Positions 40,380 through 51,888 of a DNA stretch of 64,000 nt are shown piece after piece. The stretch lies in assembly GCF_018350175.1 (NCBI RefSeq), contig NC_058368.1, forward strand, positions 135,472,001-135,536,000. Direction: 5' to 3'. Source of the stretch: Felis catus (lineage: Eukaryota). Both the position numbers and the translations under genes were made by a program. Position 1 is the stretch's first letter; each line of letters opens with the position of its first letter. The notes below the pieces were generated by a model. That model was not told the origin of the DNA. It saw only the letters and a list, made by a program, of their open reading frames with translations, and ran no database searches.

Positions 40380-42828
40380 TGCAAGGAGAAAGAGTGGTGG
40401 TGAAGAGAGATTGATTGTAATAAGTAAATATATTGAGAATAATAAAAGCCATGATCTTCGCTGTCAGAGAAGAGAATTACATATAATGAGAGAAAACTAG
40501 AGTGAATTCTGTGATGGTTGGGAAGTGCAAGTATTGATATTAGCTGGTGGTTTTCAATATGGGGGAAGCAGTATATGCATACATAGCTCTGTCCACTGAG
40601 CGGGCCTAGGAATACCAACACCCCAAAAATAATAATATACCTAGTATCTAAATCTGGGTTTCTGAATACTATTCTTCCCTGAAAGGAACCAAGGCTTCTA
40701 GGAGATATGGCTACTTTCAGGAGGAGGGCAGGGAAAGCCTGGGATAAATACTATGTTAGTCTAGAAATTAATTGTTCATATTGGTGGGAATGAAAGCTAG
40801 CATAGCCACTATGGAAAACAGTATGGAGATTCCTCAAATAATTAACAACAGAACTACCATATGACTCAGCAATCCCACTTCTGGGTATATCTCCAAAGGA
40901 AATGAAATCAGTATCTCAAAGAGATATCTACACTCCCATGTTCACTGCACCTTTATTCCCAATAGCCAAAATACAGAAGCAACCTAAATGTCCATCCATG
41001 GTGGAATATTATTCAGCCATTAAAAAGAAGAAAATCCTGCCATACAAATAGTATAGTCTCACTTATAAGTGGAATCTCAAAACATCAAACTCCTAGAAAC
41101 AGGGAGTAGAATGGTGTTTGCCAGGAACTGAAAGTGGAGAGAAGGGGTGGAAAAAATGGGGACATCCAGATCAAAGTGTACAAACTTTCAGTGTAAGAGG
41201 AATCAGTTCTGGGGCACCTGAGTTGCTCAGTCGGTTAAGCTCCAACCCTTGGTTTCAGCTCAGGTCATGATCTCACAGTTCATGAGATTGAGCCCCACAC
41301 TGGACTCTGTGATGACAGTGTGGAGCCTCCTTGGGATCCTCTCTCTCTCTCTCTCTCTCTGCCCCTGCCCCACTTGTGTTCTCTCTCTTGCTCTCTCTCT
41401 CTCTCTCTCTTTCTCTCTTGCTCTCTCAAAATAAATAAATAAACTTAAATATTTTTAAAGAGGAATCAGTTCTAGGGATCTAATGTACAACATGGTGACT
41501 AGAGTATTCTATACTGACAATTTGCTAAGAGAGTAAATCTTAAGCGTTCTCACCAAAAAAAAAAAAAAGTAGCTATATGAGATGATGGATGTTTTAATTA
41601 ACTTGATTGTGGAAATCTCTCACAATTTATAGATATATCAAATCATAATGTTGGACACCTAAAATATATACAATTTTAGTTGTCAGTTATACCTTAATAA
41701 AGCAGGGGGAAAATAACAAAATAAAGGCAAAACTACCAGCAAAGAAATCTTAATCTTTGTTTATATACTTTACTAAAAAGTACAGGCATGATATTTTGGG
41801 AACAAATATATTAATATGAATGGAAAAAAAGCGTTTCTGTGTAAGGAAAAAATAAATACAATTATAACACCAAAGAACTTAAATAAAACCCTAAGACCTA
41901 AAAAAAAAAAAGAAAGAAAGCACAAAAAAATCATGAAAGGCAAAAGAGAACAGTCTCTTCAATAAATGGTGCTAAGAGAGCTGGATACCTGCATGCCAAA
42001 GAATGAAGTTGGACCCCTACTTCATACTATATATAAAAAATTAACTTGAAATTTATCAATGACCTAAATGTGCGAGCTGAAACTATAAAACTCAGAGAAA
42101 AAAACAGAAAAGTAAATCTTTATGACAGTGGCAATGGTTTCTTAGATGCAACACTAAAAACACAGCAACAAAAGAAAAAACATGTAAATTGGACTTGATC
42201 AAAATTTAAAATATTTTGGGCACCAAAGAGAGTACCTATTAAGACTAAAAATACAACTTTCAGAACAGGACAGGATATTTGTAAGTCATATATCTGATAA
42301 GAGTCTAGTATACAGTGTATATAAAGAACTCCTACAACTCAACAATAAAAAGCAAACAACCCAATTTTTTAAATGGGTTTAATAGTCATTTCTCCAAAGA
42401 AGATATATAAGGGACCAAACAAGCACATGAAAAGATGCTCAACATCATTAGTCATTAGGGAAATGCAAATCGAAACCACAATTAGATACCACTTCACACT
42501 TACTAGGATGGTTACAATTGAAAAAGGAAAACAAGTGTTGGCAAAGATGTGAAGAAAATGGAACCCTCATATATTGCCTGTAGAAATGTAAAACAGTGCA
42601 GCCACCGTGGAAAACAGTTTGGACGTTGTTCAATGTGTTAAACATAGAATTACCATATGATCCAGCAATTCTACTGGTAGGTATACACTTAAAATAATTG
42701 ATGGGGCACCTGGATAGCTCAGCTGGTTAAGCGGCCAACTCTTGATCTCTTCTCAGGTCATGATCTCAAGGTTCATGAGATCAAGCCCCACATCGGGCTC
42801 TGTGCTGACAGTGTGGAGCCTGCTTGGG

Positions 42829-42868
<40 letters not shown>

Positions 42869-43576
42869 TCTCTCTCTCTCTCTGCCTCTTCCCTGCTCTC
42901 TCTCTCTCAAAATAAATAAACTTTAAAAAAAATAATTGAAAACAAGTGTTCCAACAAAAACTTTCATATTAATTTTTATAGCAGCACTATTTAAAATAGC
43001 CAAAAGGTGGAAACAACCTCAATGTTCAACGACAGATGAAAGAATAAACAAAATGTGGTATAAACAAAATCATGGAAGAATGAAGTATTGATACATGCTA
43101 CAAGATGGATGAATCTTGAAGACATTATGCTAAGTGAAAGCAGCCAGACATGAATGGTCACATATGGTATGATTCCATTTATATGAAATATCCAGAATAA
43201 CCAAATCCTTTGAGAGAATAGATTTATGGTTTCCAAGAGCTACAGGGACAGGGGAATGGGGAATGAATGTCTAATGGGTACGGTGTTTCCATGTGAGGTG
43301 ATAAAACAATGTCTGGAACTAGGTAATGGTGATAGGTGCACAACATCATGAATGTGCTTAATGCCACTAAATGACACACTTCAAAAACAGCTAAAATGGT
43401 AAAAATTTATGCTTTATGTATTTTGCCACAACTTAAAAATTAAATGAGAAACCGTTTGCAACAACACAAACGGATCTAGAGAGTATAATGCTAAGTGAAA
43501 TAAGCCAGAGAAAGACAAACACCATACAATTTCACTTACATGAGGAATTGAAGAAACAAGACAAATGAACAAAGGG

Positions 43577-43619
<43 letters not shown>

Positions 43620-44790
43620 ACACAAACCAAAAAAACAGACTCTTAACTATTTACAAATAGAACAAACAGATGGCTACCAGAGGGGACATAAGTGAGGATA
43701 TGGGCGAAATAGGTGAAGTACACTTAAAAGTACACTTGTCGTAATGAGCACTGAGTAATGTATGGGACTGTTGAATCACTATTTTGTACACTTGTTACTA
43801 CAATAACACTTGTATGTTAACTACACTGGGATTTTTTTTCTTTTTTCTTTTAATATTTATTTATCTGGGGGAGAGTCCAAGCAGGGGAGAGGCAGAGAAA
43901 GGGAGACAGAGGACCCAAAGTGGCCTCTGCTAACAGGCTGACAGCAGCGAGCCCGACGTGGGGCTCGAACTCACAAACCACAAGATCATGACCTAACCCA
44001 AAGTCAGGTGCTCAACTGACTGAGCCATCCAGGTGCCTCTGGGATTTTTTTTCAATGTTTATTTATTTCTGACAGAGAAAGAGAGAGAGCACAAGCTGGG
44101 GAGGGGCAGAGAGAGGGGGAGACAGAGAATCGCAAGCAGGCTCCACACCAGCAGCACAAAGCCCCCTTGTGGGGCTTGAACTCATGAGCCGTGAGATCAT
44201 GACCTGAGCCAAAGTCAGACACTTAACCAACTGAGCCACCCAGGCACCCATACGCTGGAATTTATTTTTAATTAAATGAGAAAAATAAAATTATAGAGCT
44301 GCATCTAAAGGACACAGGAACCAGCTTGAAGCACCTCCTAATGGCCCATATAGGAAAATTGAACATGAAAATAAGTAGTAATAGAAATAAACCACATATC
44401 ATTGAATAGAAAGGATATCTATGAGTCCAAACTAATATATGAGCCCAAATGGGGAAAAAGAAAACTTTTCCTTACAATGAAATGCCAACTGATATTTGTA
44501 GAAGGAATGATATAATTAGAAAATCACCATCTGGTAACCATTATAGTAATAATTCATTTAGACAAGAAACATCAATGAGTAATAGCTGGTAAAATTTGAT
44601 GAGGAAGGAGATATATACGAGGTCTTAAAGTACCTCTCCACAAAACATGTATTACAAAAGGAAAATGAATAACTTATAGTGGAAAAACCTGATCCCATGT
44701 TTATCAAGTGATCAAAGTTGCCATTACCAGTAAATAATAAGACAAACTAAAATCAAGTGCAGCGAGAACACAGCAGCACCTCTATCATCA
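40380..44790 (+). mobile_element. Layered old L1 nest: an L1MC/MD-type 3' UTR (40380-40760 and 44270-44790) split by L1MA/MB fragments (40780-41720, 41930-43440) and a carnivore L1 3' end (43450-43830)
   Basis: Recognisable L1 3' motifs in each block, all + strand; SINEs inside at 41211-41455 (TSD aagaggaatcagttct), 42703-42930 (TSD aaaataattga), 43832-44039 and 44045-44249. Confidence 0.8.
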
Positions 44791-44813
44791 GTTAGGTTTA
44801 TAAAGTTTACCAA

Positions 44814-45786
44814 TATCCAAAATCTATAAAGAACTCACCAAACTCCACACCAGAAAAACAAATAATCCAGTGAAGAAATGGGCAGAAAACATGAATAGAC
44901 ACTTCTCTAAAGAAGACATCCGGATGGCCAGCAGGCACATGAAAAGATGCTCAACATCGCTCCTCATCAGGGAAATACAAATCAAAACCACACTCAGATA
45001 TCACCTCATGCCAGTCAGAGTGGTCAAAATGAACAAATCAGGAGACTATAGACGCTGGAGAGGATGTGGAGAAACGGGAACCCTCTTGCACTGTTGGTGG
45101 GAATGCAAACTGGTGCAGCCGCTCTGGAAAACAGTGTGGAGGTTCCTCAAAAAATTAAAAATAGACCTACCCTATGACCCAGCAATAGCACTGCTAGGAA
45201 TTTACCCAAGGGATACAGGAGTACTGACGCATAGGGGCACTTGTACCCCAGTGTTTATAGCAGCACTCTCAACAATAGCCAAATTGTGGAAAGAGCCTAA
45301 ATGTCCAACAACTGATGAATGGATAAGGAAATTGTGGTTTACATACACAATAGAGTACTATGTGGCAATGAGAAAGAATGAAATATGGCCCTTTGTAGCA
45401 ACGTGGACAGAACTGGAGAGTGTGATGCTAAGTGAAATAAGCCATACAGAGAAAGACAGATACCATATGTTTTCACTCTTATATGGATCCTGAGAAGCTT
45501 AACAGAAGACCATGGGGAAGGGGAAGGAAAAAAAAAAAGAGAGAGAGAGAGTTTAGAGTGGGAGAGAGCCAAAGCACAAGAGACTCTTTAAAAATGAGAA
45601 CAAACTGAGGGTTGATGGGGGGTGGGAGGGAGGGCAGGGTGGGTGATGGGTATTGAGGAGGGCATCTTTGGGGATGAGCACTGGGTGTTGTATGGAAACC
45701 AATTTGACAGTAAATTTCATATATTTAAAAAAAGAACAATAAAGGATAACTAGGGGTGGTATCTCAGCAAAAAAATAAAATAAAAA
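44814..45786 (+). mobile_element. Young felid L1, 5'-truncated (about 0.9 kb), with a 3' extension
   Basis: Open 207-aa ORF2 C-terminus (44870-45493, [15 protein letters not shown]), felid L1 3' UTR, TSD ataaagtttaccaa/ataaagtttgccaa (44800-44813 / 45787-45800). Confidence 0.97.
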
Positions 45787-46104
45787 ATAAAGTTTGCCAA
45801 ATGACTCACCTCTTTAGACCTCTATTCCTTCATATGAAAAAAAAACGGAAGTAGACCAGATAATATCTATTTTCTTTCCAGCTCTAAATTCCTACTATTC
45901 CAATACTTATTGACCTAATCTAAATATATGCCATCATGTTTATAACCTGGGGAGGTAGAAATTGTTCTCTTCGTTTAAGTGGCTAATGTTCTTATAGAGA
46001 CAAATCAGGCATAAAGTGCACAAAATGACATACACAGTAAAACTTACGACTTTAGACTAATTTCATAGGGAGTACAGGAAAAGTCCAAGTTAGAGGGCTG
46101 TGGG

Positions 46105-46342
46105 GGTTTTTTTGTTTTGTTTTATAGGTTTTTTTGTTTGTTTGTTTTTGTTTTGTTTTTTTTTTTGGCGGGGAGCACAAGTGGAGGAGGGGAAAAGAGA
46201 GGAGGACAGAGGATCCGAATTGGGCTCTGCGCTGACAGACTGACAGCAGCAAGCCTGATGTGGAGCTTGAACTCACAAACCTCGAGACCATGACCTGAGC
46301 CGAAGTCAGATGTTCAACGGACTGGGCCACCCAGGTGGCCCC
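46105..46342 (-). mobile_element. Can-SINE with (TTTG)-type tail
   Basis: Reverse body ending ccacccaggtggcccc. Confidence 0.9.
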
Positions 46343-47290
46343 AAGTTTGAGGGTTTTTTAAGACTATAATATTCATTCTTTTTAACAGCATACCTGAGTT
46401 CAATGGTAAGAAAATGATGATATGTAAATGAGTGATTATATAAATAAGTGCTTGAAAAGGTTTTTTTCCCCTGAAGAATGTTGAATATGCCTCCTCCCAC
46501 TTTGTGAACACCATCCAGGATCTTAGCAGTCTCTGAGGTATGGAAAAAATGCTACAGGCCTTTCCTTCATGACTCTCACACATTCCAATCACTAAGAGCA
46601 TCTTAGATGCTCTAGACAGAAATCTCTACTTGGCCACTAGGCATTGTTTCAGAGGGGTAAGATTAATGTCATTTAGTTAAGCAGGAGAGAACAGTTCTGT
46701 AAAATAACTCAGGCCCTTACAGCAATTCAAATTACCAGCAGCCTCATAAATAAATGCAATCATATCAATAAACAACTGGCAAAGCATCAAAAAGTGAAGT
46801 CTGAACCGATCTTATTATACCATTTGGCTTTCAGCTACCAGCTTTTGTGCAAACAGAAACATATTAATTGGTTAATTCATAATCTTTTAAGCTTGGAAGA
46901 GCCAATGTGCTATAATTATTTTTACTATCCCTTCAATATATAGAACCAACTATATAAATTCAAACTATCGGAGTTACTACAGGTTCTGGTAAAGAATGAG
47001 TTATTAGCTCATGTTGGGCTGGGTTATTATTATTATTATCATTATTATTATTCCATCCTACACTAAAAACATTAATTACAGTACGCTTGAATCAGTTGGA
47101 CTTCTTTTCTCTCCTTCACCACTTTATCAGTCACAAAATCCTGTCAACTCTCTTTTCAAATGTGTCTAGAGTCTAATCCGCCACTCTCATGAGCACTATT
47201 CCAGACAAGGCCGTCATCACCCCATACTTGGTTTAGCACAACAGATACAGGGCATGTACTATGGCTCACCACATTTTTCAAAACCTGCTA

Positions 47291-47498
47291 GGGGCGCCTG
47301 GGTGGCGCAGTCGGTTAAGCGTCCGACTTCAGCCAGGTCACGATCTCGCGGTCCGTGAGTTCGAGCCCCGCGTCAGGCTCTGGGCTGATGGCTCAGAGCC
47401 TGGAGCCTGTTTCTGATTCTGTGTCTCCGTCTCTCTCTGCCCCTCCCCCGTTCATGCTCTGTCTCTCTCTGTCCCAAAAAAATAAATAAACGTTGGAA

Positions 47499-47530
<32 letters not shown>

Positions 47531-47790
47531 CCTGCTAATCAGGGGTGCCTGGGTAGCTCAGTGGGTTGGGCATCCAACTCTTGATTTCAGCTCAGGTCAT
47601 GGCCCATGGAGCATCGAGCTCCCTCTCTTCCCCTCTGTCTCTCTCCCCACCCTGTCTCTCTAAAATATAATAAGAGGCACCTAGGTGGCTCAGTCAATTA
47701 AGCATATGACTCTTGATTTTGGCTCACAGGTTCTTGGGTTCGAGCCCCAAGTCAAGCTCTGCTCTGACAGTGCAGACCTGCTTGGGATTT

Positions 47791-47836
<46 letters not shown>

Positions 47837-47922
47837 ATTCCCTTGCTTGTAGTCTCTATCTCAAAATAAATAAATATTAAAAATAAATAAAAAAATAAAT
47901 AAATACAACTTAAAAAATAAAA
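47291..47922 (+). mobile_element. Three stacked Can-SINEs (young 47291-47530; older 47542-47673 and 47675-47922)
   Basis: aacctgcta occurs three times (about 47282, 47529, 47924), marking successive TSDs. Confidence 0.93.
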
Positions 47923-48282
47923 TAACCTGCTAATCAATCTGATGTAACTATCTCCCCATCTTTGTATCATTGCAAACCTGACCCAAGTTCTTTGTACTCA
48001 AGAGGTTTTTAACCAGGTTCATGACCAAGACCTGAGGCACTCTCCTAGAGATCTTCGAGTTCCCACCCTTATTTGGTGCAAACAGTCCTAACCCACCTAC
48101 CTGTACTACTATCCTGCCCACACTCTTCCATATCTCATTCGTCCCTTACAAATGATTCTATTAAATTACTTGCTGAAACTCCAGAAAACCGTGTCTTCAG
48201 CATTTCCTCAGTAATAACTCCTGGGTCTCATTTGTGGCACCCTTTCCTCTGCTAATCTTCTAAAAGATAGAGTACTCTGAAC

Positions 48283-48690
48283 TCAGGACTCCGCATTCTT
48301 CTTCTTTCTACTTTTATTCCATCTCCAGATGATCTTATCCAGTTCCATAAATATCTTACCAACCGACAACTCCCAAATTTGTATCTTCAGCCTTGCTCCT
48401 TCCTGAACTCCCAACTCAAATATCCGACTATACACACAAAATTTTTCCTGAGAAATCGAATAAAGCATACCCAAAGGCTTAACCCATTTCAGCAAATGGT
48501 TATCACCATCCAGTTACTCAAATCAAAAACTTCGAATTCACTTGCCTCCCAACATCCAATCCAACAATATACCTCTATCTCTCTGAAATATATCCCAGAT
48601 CCAACTTCTAGAACCACTCTATTGCTGCTACCCTCATCTGAGTCATTAACATTTCTCACCTGGATTATTTCCATAGGCTCCCAACTGGTG
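48283..48690 (+). mobile_element. L2 LINE remnant
   Basis: gatgatcttatccagttcca...ccgacaactcccaaatttgtatcttcagcc...tttctcacctggattatt. Confidence 0.7.
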
Positions 48691-48817
48691 ATGAGGATCT
48701 GTCACTTACCCAAATATTCATTCAGAATATCAGACCTCAATGAAAAAGGAAAGAAGGTTAACTTGACATGATAAGTATTTAATGAAACTCTATTGCTGTT
48801 AGAAATGACCACTTTGA

Positions 48818-48944
48818 GGGTGCCTGGCTGGCTCAGTCGGAGGAGCATATGACTCTAGATCTTGAATTCAAGCCCAACTTGGGTATATAGATTACACACA
48901 TACATAAATACATACATACATACACAAACGAACAGATAATCTTT

Positions 48945-48999
<55 letters not shown>

Positions 49000-49005
49000 G
49001 AGATA
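48818..49005 (+). mobile_element. Short tRNA-like carnivore SINE variant (no CT tract) with a (GAAA)n microsatellite tail
   Basis: gggtgcctggctggctcagtcgg...ttgggtatatagattac; about 13 GAAA units at 48945-48998; TSD agaaatgaccactttg/agaaatgaccaccttg. Confidence 0.88.
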
Positions 49006-49599
49006 AAGAAATGACCACCTTGTTTCTTTCTTTTTTTGTCCTTTCCTCTTTCTATAAGTATCTCCCTCTTTCTTTCAGACTCCTTTTCCTTCTCTCCCAC
49101 TCATCTCGATTTCCTTTCTCTCTTCCTCTCCCTATTATTTTACTGAACAACCAGGCCAAGAGAATAGCAGGAAAATGCTAGGAGTTAGAAGTAAAGGTTT
49201 TATTCCTGTGGTCTGTCATGGTGAAGGAAAGTAATTATGATGAAGTCAGTTTATATTTCTGGCCCTCAGCTGTCTCATCTATTAAATAAAGAGATTATAG
49301 TGGATGGTCTCTGAGGTCCCTTAAAGTTCTAGAAATCTATTCAAGGTATTTATTGAGTAAAGTGCTATGTTCCTTGTTCTTAAAAGTAGGTAAATTCAAT
49401 ATTTTATATTTCCCTGAGGTGAAAAAAGCAAATTAGTTTTTTTTTACAAGGCCTTCAATTGATCCTTTTCTACCAGGGGTCAGTGGCTCTCAATAGAAAA
49501 AAAATGCACCTCTCCCTTGGTATAGTCTAAATGTTCAATATTTCTGTAGTTATTTCTGTCTTTGGGCCCTCCTTGGGACAAGCAGTTTCCAAGAAGAGG

Positions 49600-49860
49600 C
49601 CAATAGGCCACTTAATATGAAGGCTATTAAGTTGTGTTCCAGGCTCTATGCTAAGCCTTTTTTTTCTCAATCCTTGAAACAAGTCTACATAAGGTGGGTA
49701 ATCTATTATCATTCCTCTTTCACAGAAGAGGAAAGAAACTAAGGCACAAAGAGGTGAAGAAATTTGTCTAAGGGAAGACAGCTAATGGGTGGTGGAGCCG
49801 AAATCTGGACCCAGATCTATCTGACTTGAAAGCCAATGCTCTGAAAGATTACCCTATACC
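49600..49860 (-). mobile_element. MIR SINE
   Basis: gttccaggctctatgctaag...cagaagaggaaagaaactaaggcacaaagaggtgaag...ggacccagatctatctgact. Confidence 0.8.
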
Positions 49861-51888
49861 ACCTCCTTCCAGAAATACTACCAGCAGTCTATCCTTGCAG
49901 GTGTCTATCTTCTGTTGGACTGACAAAACATGTGACCTCTGATGTCCTGGAGACCACAGCCCACCCTCTACCTGACCCAACAGGATCAAGCACACAGCAA
50001 GGGTTTTAAAAGCAAAGATTTGTAATTTCTTATGGTACTGGTACCAGCATGCGGGCCCTCAATAGACACTGTTGACTGAGAAAGGCCATGGTAAGAAGCA
50101 ACTCATCATCTAGGACCACCTAATGCAAATTCTAGTGATGTAAAGTAAAAGGTTAGGCTAAGGGAAAGATTGTACTAGGACTGGAGATATGGTCAGACTT
50201 CCCAGAAAGTCTAATTTCCATGACCTCATTATCATTTGCAGAAAATCGAGAGAGCTATTGATAGCCCTAGAGAATTACTTTAGAAAATGATAGAAAAATT
50301 GTTTTAATTAAGACTCTAGGTATTTAAGTGAAATATCAGGTCAGCACATTTGTGGAAGTATTTCCCTTTTTTAAAAGGCTTCAAAAAGTCTTCAGAAGTA
50401 GGATTTAATTTGCATGACCATGTCCTGAGCAATATCGGAGCAGAATCAACTCTCAGGGGGTCTTTTGTACTTAAGGATGTATGGATTTTCTGGCCTGTCA
50501 CTAAGAGAACTGTGTTTGGGAAGAAGGAAGACCCTTGCTCAAGTAGGCTATTGAAATACCAAGATGTCTTCCTGGGTCACTGGTTTGGTACTGATAAAAA
50601 AGCAAAATCTGTAGCATTGCACATTGGCATTCAAATGTCCACAACCCATCTTTGGGATTGGTTGTCTAAGTCTCCTTAAAACAAAGAGTTCTAGGTGGAC
50701 GGAAAGATCCAGACTACCCTTTGGGTTGTTCTTGACTTAGAGAACTAGAACACTGGTGAGGAAACAGAGTGAGAGGCATCAGCAGACTGGCATAACAGGG
50801 TCATCAAGGTGGTGGATAGGAACTCCCAATGGAGGCCAACCAGCCCCAAAACAAAGATCAGCACAGGGAATAGCAGAAGGGATGTTTGAGAGGTTGAGAT
50901 TCTCAATGGAGAAGATGTGCATCAACAAGCACCAGGCCAAAGAAAGGGAAAGAGCTAGAAGGTGAAAAAAGGAGGGAAAGTTTGAGCTCCCAATGGTTTT
51001 GCTTGGTAAGTGCTCAAGGTCAAAATTATTTATGACCTTCACCCTCAGCTTAATCTTCCAAACCCGTCCCCTCAAATTGGCCTGATCTGGAAAAACAGAA
51101 TTAGAAGCATTGTCAAGTAATAGTACTATTTCTGCAGGTGAAATGCTTATTCTGGATATTTCTTCCCTTTCTTATGTTTCCTAATAAGAATATTTTTCCA
51201 GCCCATTTAAAAAATGGCACAAATGCAGCCTGTTTCTGATTTATAGACACATTTTCTTTTATTGTGCTTCACTTTGTTGCACTTCACAGATACTGTGTTT
51301 TTTTTACAAATTGAAGGTTTGTGGCAACGCTGCATCAAACAAGACTCTCAGCACCATTTTTTCTAATGGCATTTGCTCACTTTGTATTTGTCACATTTTG
51401 GCAATTCTCACAATATTTCAAACATTTTTGTTATCCTATGTGTTACAGCGATCTCTGATCAGTTATCTTTGATATTACTATTGTAATTGTTTTAGGGTGC
51501 CATGTAATTGTTTTGGGGTGCCCATATAAGACAGCAAACTTAATAAATGTGTGTGTTCTGACTGCTCCACCCACTAGCCAATCCCCCATCTCTGTCTTTC
51601 TCCTCAGGCCCCCCTGTTGCCTGAGACACAACAATATTGAAATTAGTCCTAATGAATAACCCTACAATGGCCTCTAAGTGTTCAAGTGAAAGGAAGAGTC
51701 TCACGTCGCTCACTTTAAATCAAAAGATAGGAATGATCAAGTTTAGTGAAGAAGGCATATCATAGATATGATAGATTGAAAGCTAGGCCCCTTGCATGAA
51801 ATAGTTAGGCAGGCTGTGAATGCAAAGGAAAAGTTCTTGAAATTAAGTGCTGCTGCAATGAACACACAAATGGTAAGAAAGCAAAGCA

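Noticed and set aside
44870..45493. 207-aa open ORF
   Set aside because: C-terminal part of L1 ORF2, open only because the insertion is young.
48818..48890. tRNA-like sequence as a tRNA gene
   Set aside because: Degenerate SINE head with a tail and TSD; no intact cloverleaf.
51667..51765. TIGD1-like transposase gene start
   Set aside because: Part of a decayed Tigger1 with an early stop, an L1 interruption and an internal deletion.
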